From: Lingula anatina
Taxonomy: Eukaryota > Animalia > Brachiopoda
DNA length: 64,000 nt
Assembly (NCBI GenBank): GCA_051362555.1
Contig: CM120642.1
Location: 17,856,001 to 17,920,000, forward strand
Direction: 5' to 3'
Positions 1-11,039 of the stretch are shown here, one piece after another (the stretch's first letter is position 1; every line of letters begins with the position of its first letter). The translations under genes were made by a program, and so were the position numbers. The notes below the pieces were generated by a model, which worked only from the letters and a program-made list of their open reading frames with translations, did no database searches and was not told the DNA's origin.

Positions 1-305
1 AATAGATAACATATTTATACATATCCTTAATCCATGGAGCTGTTCTTTTCTGTTGGTGTGGCTATCTGGTATTGAACTGACTGTGGACAGATGTATCTTG
101 CAAATAGATAATTGGATATATAGTTGTCCAGTGGAAATGTTTTTAGACATGCAAAAAGAATCATCAGTGCCATACCCACTTTATAAACATCTATAAAAAT
201 AGTATGAGATTTCAATGATGTTATATATTTATCTTATATCCGATGTGTTAATTCTCCTTTGGATGAATTATAACTGTCCTCACCATGTTCATAGTAATTA
301 TTCTA

Positions 306-589
306 AGACCCGATTCCCATAGACACATTCTGTATACATGGATCAACCCAACTCTGCAAAGACTCTTGCCAAGTGCAATAACCTTACCTGAATAACATGC
401 CTCCTCTTGTTTCCAATATGAACTTTATAATCACCAGCTCATGTGTATTCTCCCTAATGCAAGGAGGAGGTGTAGTTTAGTTAAGTTAGCATCTAGCATT
501 TAGTTAAGCTGATTGCAGTCAGCGAGAGTCCCTGCAGATCGAGTTGGGTCAATCCTTGTAGACAAATGGCATCTATGGGAATGGGGCCC
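306..589. mobile_element. Palindromic MITE family C (Harbinger/Tourist-like), diverged copy
   Basis: Ends gacccgattcccatagac / atctatgggaatggggccc; right arm matches 45581-45667. Confidence 0.7.
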
Positions 590-1114
590 ATCACTCAAGA
601 CAATGATAAATAACTTATTATTCCTAATTGGGTTATGTAATGCTGATGGAACTACTTACTAGTAGTTTATGTAATAGTTGTTACAGTAGCTTGATTGAAG
701 CAGGTATGGCATTTGCCTCTTGGAATATGCTAATATTTATTGATGATCCTGGACCCAAGGTAGTGGTCAGGCCCTTGGTAGGAGAGGATATATTTTATGA
801 TGCCTTTATTTTCTCTATTAGACATATTTTGTTACATATTTGGCATTTATTTTGAATGAAATGAATTGATCCTTCATAAAAATTACTCTGTTATACATCC
901 AGATAAACTTATTATATATTCTAGGAGAGTATCATGCTTTGTCTCGACATTAATCAGAATTATACATATCAGGGGAAACCAATATCAATTAAGCATGCTG
1001 ATTGTCTGTGAATATACTTTTGCCTTTGGAACATTTTCACCCACTAATGTTCATCTACCACTTCAGACTGAGTGGTTTAACGCCATCTAACTACTTGTAA
1101 TCCTGTTCTAATAG

Positions 1115-1180
1115 CTTGTAATTGAGGCGGGAAAGATTAAACATATTGATCTTCAAGGAAAATCCGACCAAGTTTTAAAG
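1115..1180 (+). CDS. Candidate 66-nt coding exon LVIEAGKIKHIDLQGKSDQVLK (phase 0-0)
   Basis: Branch-point-like ctaac at about 1087, acceptor ctgttctaatag|, donor AAG|gtcaga, open frame. Confidence 0.4.
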
Positions 1181-3084
1181 GTCAGAGGGTTTTTGTAGGC
1201 ATTCTTATATTGTCTCTCAGTGATATGTGTTATTCACTGGAGGTGAAGTTAATGCTGGTTTATAAAAACTTTGTAAAATGTCAAAGATGTTCCGTGGTAG
1301 CATAACCAAGTGAAGTGTATTTGCCAAACTATCATTGGTTTGGTGAGAAAACCACACACTTTTTATATATCAATTCCAGTCAACGCTGAGTTTCAAAGCA
1401 TGAAGGTGACTCCCCCTCCACTCATTAGACATATTTTACATTTCTAGTCTGTGTGGTAGTGATAAAAAAAAATTGCTGAAAAGACATAGACATTCAGAGT
1501 GCCCAGAAAAGTAATTTTATGAATTATATTAATAATTCCAGCTTTTTAATACCTTGGCAAATTCATACATAATCACTGGTAGAAACAGTTGGTAATGGAA
1601 ATTATAATCTGAGGCAGTATTGGATTAAACATGAGAATAGTCCTTCAGTACATGTCATGTGGCCGTTTTATATTAGATAAAATAGGATGTGTAAAATCTG
1701 AACTGATTTAGGCCCATGGGACATTGCTGTCTGTTTATTTTGATTTTACAGTGATTTTGACACACAGTCCTTTGTGAAGACTGCAGGATTCTTTGGATGT
1801 GGAAATAAGTATTAGTTAATATTCATTAGTAGCTTATCAACCTGAATTATTATTTTTAACGATGGCTGATGGCGTCACTTGGATCCTTACCAGCTCAAGC
1901 TTTTTTTTGTCTCACCACACCTGTATGAAGTCTATAATTTTTCTATGAAGGCCAAACACAGAGGAAATTTGGCAGCTAGACCAGAAAGCCGATTGATCAC
2001 TTAGAGGAAAAAGTACCAAAATAATCATAATCAGCACCATTTATTGATTCCTTATATTAAAGTGTGAAGTGATGGAATGTAGTCAGAAAATAAGTGTCAT
2101 GATAGTGATCATCAAATTTGGGCCTGTCTGTGTCCAGTTTTAATTTCATAATGAATTAAATGGGGAACAGGGATTACTGCATTTTCCCATGAGATATTTA
2201 CTAGTACAGTATTTTGTTTTTTAAAGACAAAATTGAATTGCCAACTTTTTTTTCCTCTTTTTAACCACACTTGTAATGGCTGTTTTGCTTGCAGTTGCAT
2301 GTAAAATTCCACCTGATTAGATAATGGATGGATGATCATGAGAAATGCAGTAATCTCCTGAATAACGGAAACATGGGGGCGTTATAATAATTATCTATCA
2401 TGTACGCCGATCAGTTTTGAAAGAGCCTTTGCACTGCAGAGAAGCTGGGTTCTCATATTCTGGATTGGGTTTTTGTATCTTTTATGTCAGTGATAAAAAA
2501 CAATAACAATAGAATGATGTCTGTAAAAACTAATTTAATTGGTAGATAAGTACTGATACTTAGGTTAATGAGATTGCTATTATAATCATGATAGTCCCAT
2601 GCAGCCACATGCAGGCATAACAAAAACTCCAAAGGTTTGCATTTTCAAGTAAAGGACCTGCTGAAATCTAAATGTATCACAGGACCAAGTATTTTCTGGT
2701 GCACGATAAGTAATTATTAAATTGGGCAGTGTGAATAAATAACATTCACTAAAATAATGTACTGTTAATGGATTAAAAGACATCATGTCAGAAAATACAG
2801 TAATTTATGTGAGCACAAATACAACATAAATGATTTCCCTTGAAAAGTTAAATATAGGAATGAGTGATGTAATCCAGCAAAAATAATTAACATATCTTTA
2901 TCAAGTGAGACATAAAAATATTTTTTGCTTAGATAAACAGTGTGAACTAGGCCATCATAACTTTTTATAGATATTCGAGGCAATGTTGCTGACACGCACA
3001 CCCTTGTGATGTGCTTGCATCCCATGATACTCGGTGACAATTGGGTTGTAGAGCTGGATTCACAGGTATATTTATGTACTACCA

Positions 3085-3085
<1 letters not shown>

Positions 3086-3177
<92 letters not shown>

Positions 3178-3191
3178 CACACACACACACA

Positions 3192-3241
<50 letters not shown>
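3086..3241. repeat. Compound microsatellite (TA)n(CA)n-(TA)n(CA)n
   Basis: Seen directly; explains the YIYI/THTH/CVCV ORFs. Confidence 0.97.
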
Positions 3242-3242
<1 letters not shown>

Positions 3243-4263
3243 AGTATATGGTCCCATTCAGAACAGGGTACTAACAGATCTGCAAATCAAATATTCAAGT
3301 GGTTCTGTTGTTTGTAAGAAACTTTGTAATAGAAAGTTATTCTTTTATGTCATGCTACAAGTAGGATATGGGACATCTTTTCCTGAAATATTTTCTCAAT
3401 ATTAGTGACGGCATTGTTTAACTTAGTATTCAGATATATGTAGTTTGACCAAAGGAAATTCATATATCATTTGTATCTTTGTGAGCAAAAGGTCCTTCTG
3501 GATTATTCAAATGCAGTATATATCAAGCAATGGTGTAAACAACTTAGTGGGTGTAGGGCTTCAATACAAAGATAACGATTACGGGCAGTGCTTTAATTTA
3601 GAAGCTATAAGAAAACCTAATCCATCTTGTTGTTTACACATGGTATCATAGCTAGAGCATGTTTATTAAGAAACGACAAGTACCTGATAATGTGGCAAGA
3701 GCCATTGTTATCATATCTATCAAAGGTGAGCACAGAAAAGTAGCACGGAATGCAAACAATGTCCGTGAATTATGTTTTCTTAGCACATAGGAAGTCTGCT
3801 GTGTTTGGCCAGACACCTTGTGTGACTGCGAAAAATACCCACACATAAAATTCTAATTTACAGGAAGTGGTAGGCTTCAAGAGCGCATTTGATATTAATT
3901 TTGTTTTCCTAGAAATAATCCACCCTTGATGAGTTTTGATCAGGTACATTGGACCGTGAATTTTGCATCAGCCATGCCTGAACTAACAAGTACCTGTGTA
4001 TTATCCACAAGGAATCTCCCTGTAGGCATTCAAGCAATATCAGTAGTGATTAATGTGACCAATAGCTGTTTAATTTCCCATTTGTAAACTGCTCATGAAT
4101 ATGTTTTCTCAAGTGGGGAAGCACACACAAGTGGAATATTTAACTCTAGTGATTATATTTTTCTAGTTTGGCGATAATTGTTCTTTAAGCCTGCAGTGAT
4201 AGCCACTGGCAATACTCATTGTCCATAATCTTTGCAGTTCTGTCCATGAAGATGTCAGATTTA

Positions 4264-4674
4264 GGCCTTATGAATGGATTAGGCATTTACTAACACTATC
4301 TGCAGATCTTTTAGCACAATTGCCCATATTAAACACTAAACCCACAAATCAACTGACACAACCAGTGTTAGAAATTAAGGCTGGACCGTCTGCCCGAGGC
4401 AGACAACTTGCAGAACGGGCAGAGAAGTTTTCCCACCCGGCGGGCATTCTAGCCAGCTAATTTTCAAGATGGCTGAGCTTTCGGTCCAGCAACTTGTTTT
4501 TCTAAGAGGCAAACGCTGGACACAACTTACAAGTATTTGGCACCAGCAAAGCAATACCTAGCACTAACATTCATCCGCTCTGGTAGTGCTGGTTTATTTG
4601 TGGGTTATGTGGTTAATATGGGTGTTAGCGCTAAAAGATCTGTGTTAGTAAACACCTAATCTGTTTATAAGGCC
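4264..4674. mobile_element. Tourist-like MITE with a probable nested CAG-terminal element (about 4363-4472)
   Basis: Long imperfect TIR ggccttatgaatggattaggcatttactaacac / gtgttagtaaacacctaatctgtttataaggcc; flanks tta/tga; inner cagtgttagaaattaaggctgg...ccagctaattttcaagatg. Confidence 0.8.
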
Positions 4675-4822
4675 TGAGATTATAAGTTCTCGAGTGCAGC
4701 CATCACTGTCACCTTCAAAACATCAGTCTTTATAACTGTCAAACCATTTTTTTTATTTTGCTTTAAATTTACTGAGTAGCATTGTATTATATGGTGTATC
4801 ATATTACTTTTTTTCTTTTTAG

Positions 4823-4906
4823 CTTTTGTTATTGCAAGGGAAAAAAACTACCACAAAGCCACTAGTGCCATTTCTTTAAATGTCAAAGAGAGTATATCAA
4901 GTAATT
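4823..4906 (+). CDS. Candidate 84-nt coding exon (x)FVIAREKNYHKATSAISLNVKESISSN (phase 1-1)
   Basis: Strong polypyrimidine acceptor ttttttcttttag|, donor T|gtaagt, only one frame open. Confidence 0.3.
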
Positions 4907-5336
4907 GTAAGTAAAAAATAGGTAAGAATTGTCGGTAAGATATTGTAGCATGCCCTTTTCAAAGATTAAAAAAAAAACTGTAAAATGACATGGTGTAATA
5001 TGTATTTTTAATAGCAGTGGAAACTTTGAAATGAAACGTAAAGATTATATTTTTATTACCACATTATGACCACATCTCATGCATGAGTTAAAATTTCTGA
5101 AAGTTGATACAATATATTTTTCATACAGATTGTTGTTTGAAGTAAGATTAGCATCACATTGAAATGCTGTTTGTATGTTGCTTATATAATTATAAGTTAT
5201 ACATGTGTATCAATCATTCTTTTTACAGACAAATCCAGTCTGCCCATGGTCATAGATTCTTCTGACTTGCAGATATAAAGCTGATTCTTTGTAAGGCTTC
5301 AATTTTGTTTGCATGAGTGTGTGAATTCTTTTGTGC

Positions 5337-5337
<1 letters not shown>

Positions 5338-5422
<85 letters not shown>
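5338..5422. repeat. (CT)n microsatellite
   Basis: Seen directly. Confidence 0.97.
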
Positions 5423-5426
<4 letters not shown>

Positions 5427-6759
5427 ACCTGGGTGATTAAGGAAAAAGTGTTGAAATCTCCAGAAAAATATCAAGCTTAGTAAAACTTTGCTTGTTAAAG
5501 GTAATTTTACAAAGAGATTAAAATGTCAGTTACCTCCATTTTGCCTTTAAAACTGAAAGCTAAGCTCACAAATTTACGTCCATTACAATAATTTTGATTA
5601 AAAAAAAAGAAAGGAAACAGCTACTAAACTGCCCTCTGTTACACATTCATAGAATACTGATATTAAAATTAATTGACCAAGATTTAGTATGTGCCATACT
5701 CATTGATTGTTAGGAGAACGGGCACTTCTATCCTCCTTATAACATCTTTAACACTACAGAAACTATTGTGATTAGGTAATGCTTAATAAAGCAGTATATA
5801 CTAGATTTCCACCTTATTAGTTGAAAAGATCAAGACACAATAAGCAATGATTTAAGCCATGATTATAGCAATTTGTTTACTGTGGTAATACCAAGCTATT
5901 CATAAAAGACATCATGAGACAGATATATTAATTTTTTTGACTGACTGAAGTAAAAAATATCAGACACAAATGGGAAAAAAACAGAAAGTAAGCTGAAAAA
6001 AGATAAAGTCTTGCGTCACAGAAATCCTGGGGGCATTTTGTTATCTCCTTAAGTTGTGAGACTAGAGAAAAATTGGAAGGACAAGGAGGAAGCCAATTTA
6101 GAAAGAAGGAAAATCCGATTCGGAATAATGCCTGAAAGCAACCCTCGGGCATGGAGTTAATGACTGTGACAGATTTAATTTGTTTCGAGTTATTTTCTGC
6201 ATAGATTCTACTAGAAACCGTCTCAGAAACACAGAAATCAATCTGTCTGAGACTTCATCCAACCCTAATCTAATTCACTACATTGGATTTCTTGGTTCTG
6301 AGATTCCCCTAGTGGTGCGCTGGCTTCTTGTTGACCTTACCTGATGTAATAAGTACAGTTTCCTTAAATTGGTTGTTTCTAATTGTTGTTCATTTGCATA
6401 TTTGTGAGTAAAAAAAGTCTCTGCCTAATACAAGTCATACAAGTACCGTAACAGAATTTTTTGGGGGTTAAAGAAGATTTGCAAAATATTGGATAATATT
6501 TTTAGTTAGAGGAGGGAAGTAAATGAAGACATAAACAGACTTCCAGTCTTGTCTATGAATTAGTTAATACAATCTTCTGTCCCTTTTATCGCATTATTTT
6601 AATGAAAGATTTGAATTAACAGGAAGAAAAAATTGACAAAAATTAAATTTGAAATGGTCTACTACAGTACAAAATGAAGAGAAGATTGTTTTTAGTAAAT
6701 TGATGTTATTTCTGAACATATTGTTTGAGTTTTATTGTTCATTCTTTTTCTATTTACAG

Positions 6760-6831
6760 TTGGTTAGAAAGCAGAGTTCTGATTTGAAAATTGGTGGGAA
6801 AAGGGTCCATATCACAGTTGAAGAAAAAGAG
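6760..6831 (+). CDS. Candidate 72-nt coding exon LVRKQSSDLKIGGKRVHITVEEKE (phase 0-0)
   Basis: Acceptor ttctttttctatttacag|, donor GAG|gtcagt, open frame, purine-rich body. Confidence 0.4.
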
Positions 6832-9062
6832 GTCAGTTTTGTTAAATGAAATAAATGATGAAATACTACTACCATAATACTGGTTGGCACATTGAAGTGC
6901 AACAACAATGCAAAGCAATGAAGTCTTATAATGGAAGATTCAGTCTTTCATTTTTTGTGGGCCAAGGAGCATGATTCTGTAGAAAATTCTTCATTGAATT
7001 AAAAAAAAATCATTTCATAGCTGCTTGAAATTGCCTTTGTCTTGTAAAAAAAAAAAAGCAAATTATTTTGGCCATTTGAAAAATATATGCCAGTTTCTGT
7101 GTGGTACTAAATCTCCAGTTCACCAAGCATATTTTATCACCATATCTTTATCGTTTTATTAATCGCAACTTCCTCTACAAATCGTGCATCTCGGAGCTTT
7201 GGTTCCTATGTTTACACTGGCCTAATAAGCACAGGATGATATTGAACCTGTGAGGTGAAATTTCTTAAGAGCTTTTTTTATTAATCCAAGGAAGTCGATC
7301 AGAGCTGATATTGACAAGAGTGGGAATTTCTCACACCTTAACACAGTGTCTTTTGTAATGAACACTTCAGGGAGGTCAAAGGTCGGCAGTGATTGTGTGA
7401 TATTCAGTGTTGTTTTTCATGTAACTACATTGATTTTGATATAACTTTCCCCATTGTGTTTGACCAAGGTTGGTTTTCTTTATGCCACTGGCACAGAATA
7501 CTGAATAGCAGGTCAGTTTAACTGCGAGTTTATGATTAATTTGATTTATTAAGTGACTAATGTTTTTAATTGGTTCTCTCCTTAATTAGGTTTTGGAAAA
7601 GGTACTTGAGATTCTTGATATTGACCATTTTAATAAAAGAGTTGGTCTTAGTTTCTGTGTTAGAGGAGACTAAAGGAGAGTGGAGTAGTAGAGCAAGAAT
7701 TTCAATGAAACATTTATAATTGCTTCTTTGATGCTTTTTCTCATGATGTTCAATGTGTCTGCTTCACCCTGTATATTCAAACCTTTGCATATTTGGTATA
7801 TCTGTGTTCCCCCCCATAACTTATTTATTTTTGAATTAAGTTATGAAGTCCACTATTTTAGACATGATACATAGTCAAACACTGGTTATTAATTACAAGA
7901 CTCACTTTATTTTTGACTCAAAACATTTGTCCACTATTCTAGCTTAATGTGCCATGCTCTTCATCTGCAAGGTTAATGAGATAATTTGTTACATAATTAT
8001 CAAATCTTTAACAGTTAAATATGTAAAAAGTATCTCTAACCATTTTACGAAGGTGCAACTTGATTTACTTATTTCAAATACAATATGCACAATGACTGAT
8101 GACCGTTAAAAGAAATATTAGCTCAATCTCCAATGTTTTTCTCTAAAAATAATTTTGATTTCCATTGGTAAACAGACCCCCTTGTCATTCCTTGACAGAA
8201 AAAAAATCACTTAGAATTAAATCTTAATGAAGCCAGTCACCCAAATGAGTGCATATTTTGCTTTCCTACCAAATCCCTTCTACATATAGTGCATTGAAGT
8301 CAATGTATTAGTCTATTAGTTTTGTTACTTCTAGGTAAAATACATGACCATGCTACTCCTAATATACATTTACTTACATTAAACACAGTTGAATAGATAT
8401 TTTAAACATTTATAATTTAATTTAAATTCAAGTACATTGTGCATTCTTACAAATTGATCAAGATAAGTATAATTTCCATACAATACTGTACAACAAACAT
8501 ACATTCAAACATCTTTACATGGAAATCTGTATCATATCAAGTGACTATATAATTTGTTCTCAACCTGAAAATTCACTATTACAGACAGAAGTATTAAATA
8601 ATAATGATATTCAGTGCCAAGAAGGCAATTTGTTCTTATTAACAGTTTTTGTTTTTCAACCAGTATCTTACACAGTCATTTGACTGTACATTTTGGTGTC
8701 TGAGGCTACAAGAACAAACAATAAAAACAATATTTAATATGATAGTGGTCTCCTGCTTTAATAGTAGCCCCTATAAGACGAGACTGGATAACAATGTCAT
8801 GTTGCTAGATATCCATGCAGTAATACATATGACTTATGGAATGCTTAGAAAAAAATTATTGCTTAAATAGAGGCCCTTTGTTTTAATACCTTGCTTTCTC
8901 CCAAAACCCTTACATATGGTGCTTTTAATTAGTAACAACAATTATTATATTAATTTTTAGACTATACTTAGTACATAATTTCTGATCAAAATAAATCTGC
9001 TGTCAGTCCTCACAACAAAGGCTTTTGTTCATTAACAGATTTAATTAAATTTGTTACAACAA

Positions 9063-11039
9063 TTAGACATCAAGACACTGGAATAATTTCACTTTCCCGT
9101 GAAATTCAGCCACTAGCAACTCCCCCTCCCGATTGATGTCTACACCCACAGGGACTTTAATCTGCTGCTTACCAATGGCGTGTCTCATCTTCTTTCCTGT
9201 CTGGGTCAGTACCACCACCCTGTGGTTGTCACTATCAGCTACGAATATGTGTCCCTGTCTGTCAACGCATATCCCACAGGGAAAGTACAGTTGGTCCTCC
9301 CCCTGTCCTGATTGCCCTGGCGTGCCATACTGGAACACTACGTCGCCCTCTAGTGTTACACCGTACACGCAATGGCCGCCATTGTCGCTGACGATGATCA
9401 CATTGCTTTTGGGGTTGACATTGATGTAGACTGGTTTCTCGCACATTGGGATGCTGATCTTGTTAATGAGGATGTAGTCCACAGCGTTGTAGATACAAAT
9501 GCACTTGTTGATGCCATCGCACACTAGGATATGCCCACTGCTGTCCACAGTGACCCCCCAGGGGTCGGTCATGTCACCTTGGCCGAATTTCCGCACCTGG
9601 TTTCCATATTCTGTGTAAACCATACAGCCATCCACGTTGGTGACCACAACACGGTCATTACTGAGACAGGTCACACAGCGTGCTCCAGGAACTTTGACTT
9701 CAAAGACATTTTCGCCCGATTCTGAAACTGCTTTGAGGGTATCTGTATTCAAACTGGTCAGGTAGAAGTTCCCGTTCAAGCTGCAAGAAATGTCATGGGT
9801 GTTTGACAGCTTGATATCAAAGGTCTTCATTAGTGTTGCTTGAACCCACGTTTTTGTTGCTATGGTTACTGAGGGCCGACTAGACGGTGAGGTTTTTTGT
9901 TGAATCTTGAGTTTTTGACTGACAGATGGCAATACCTGAAAGTTAGATTCTGGCTCTTTGAGTTTACCGAATATATTTGGAGGTAGATTTTGTTTGACAA
10001 AACTCATGTCGCCTATTTTGATCGGTGCTGGCTGAAAGTCTTTCAGTTCTGACATTCGGGTCTGGATGTTTTTGGCATGGGTCATGACCTCGGGTTGGGA
10101 GCCATGGCGGACAAGCTGCTTGGCAAATTCACAAGTACTTTGTATTGAGACTTTCTGAAGCTGGATGCTGTCTTTTTCTGCCTCCAAGGCCTTCATCTGG
10201 GCTGTGAATTGGTCCTGAAGTTGCGAAGAAAGCTCTTGCAGTTTATCGCTAACATTCTTGTGGAGAACCTTGGCGTGGTCTTGCAGCTGTTTCTGAAGTT
10301 TGTCTCGCCTTCTTCCAAGTTTTTTCTGCTGTGCTTCGATTTCTTTTTCGCTCTTTTCAAATGTGGATACCCTTGGCAGAAGTTCTTTGTATTTCTGTTC
10401 GATGCCCTCTTTTTCACTGACAACGATTTTTTCAAGATAGACAAAGTGGTGTTTCTTGTGGTCTGTGGCTAAACAGTCACAACACAAGACAGTGTTGTCA
10501 CTCTCACAATAGAACTTCAATTTCTCATCTGGGTGCTTCTCGCAGTAAATGATTGTTTGGGCCCAAATCTGCTGTAAACTTTCTTCTAGCTCCTTAGGTT
10601 TACTGGTTTCTTCTTCAGCAAACATGGGGAGGAGGCTCATGGCATGTCCGTCAGAGTCATCCTGGTTGTCATGATGCTCTTTCTGACATTTCGCACAGAA
10701 ATGACACTTGCAGTTGTGGCAGTAAAGTTGGACGTCCTCAGTCTTGCAGACAGAGCACAAGGCTTCTTTTGGGTTTATAAGCATGAAATCTTTGATCTTG
10801 TTCAAGAAGAAATTGTGAACAAGTTTGTCCAGTCCTCCTGTGGGGATTGTGATTTCCTCCCGGCAAACTGGACACTGAAATTTCCCGCCAACCTGACTCG
10901 CGTGTGCGTGGTTCGCAATACAGGTCAGGCAGAAAGTGTGGTAGCATTGAAGCACTCGCGGGTCTTTGTACTCGCTGAGGCAGATGTGGCAGGTCAAAAA
11001 GTTGTCACTGAACTTGGCGTAGAGTTCTTTTGATGCCAT
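9063..11039 (-). CDS. Single-exon TRIM-NHL family protein (RING E3 ligase, TRIM2/3/71-like architecture, no evident filamin domain), 658 aa
   Basis: Uninterrupted 658-codon ORF, more GC-rich than its flanks, with A at -3 and G at +4 of the ATG. C3HC4 RING at aa17-59 (CHIC..CYHTFCLTC..CPVC), B-box1 (CSVC..CHNCKCHFCAKCQKEHH), B-box2 (CEKH..CESD..CCDC..HKKH), a heptad-rich coiled coil, and C-terminal NHL repeats (DPWGVTVDSSGHILVCD; FPCGICVDRQGHIFVADSDNHRVVV). Confidence 0.95.
   Translation of the reverse strand: MASKELYAKFSDNFLTCHICLSEYKDPRVLQCYHTFCLTCIANHAHASQVGGKFQCPVCREEITIPTGGLDKLVHNFFLNKIKDFMLINPKEALCSVCKTEDVQLYCHNCKCHFCAKCQKEHHDNQDDSDGHAMSLLPMFAEEETSKPKELEESLQQIWAQTIIYCEKHPDEKLKFYCESDNTVLCCDCLATDHKKHHFVYLEKIVVSEKEGIEQKYKELLPRVSTFEKSEKEIEAQQKKLGRRRDKLQKQLQDHAKVLHKNVSDKLQELSSQLQDQFTAQMKALEAEKDSIQLQKVSIQSTCEFAKQLVRHGSQPEVMTHAKNIQTRMSELKDFQPAPIKIGDMSFVKQNLPPNIFGKLKEPESNFQVLPSVSQKLKIQQKTSPSSRPSVTIATKTWVQATLMKTFDIKLSNTHDISCSLNGNFYLTSLNTDTLKAVSESGENVFEVKVPGARCVTCLSNDRVVVTNVDGCMVYTEYGNQVRKFGQGDMTDPWGVTVDSSGHILVCDGINKCICIYNAVDYILINKISIPMCEKPVYINVNPKSNVIIVSDNGGHCVYGVTLEGDVVFQYGTPGQSGQGEDQLYFPCGICVDRQGHIFVADSDNHRVVVLTQTGKKMRHAIGKQQIKVPVGVDINREGELLVAEFHGKVKLFQCLDV

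Noticed and set aside
2783-3317. ORFs with YIYI/THTH/CVCV runs (also 5250-5474, 18491-18730, 35522-35764, 50728-50970)
   Set aside because: Translations of microsatellites.
8300-9062. Retrocopy hallmarks for the TRIM-NHL gene
   Set aside because: No clear poly(A) remnant or flanking TSD was found, so retro-origin remains inference only.
9133-11033. Overlapping and antisense ORFs inside the TRIM-NHL CDS
   Set aside because: Expected shadow ORFs of a more GC-rich coding strand, with no recognisable domains.
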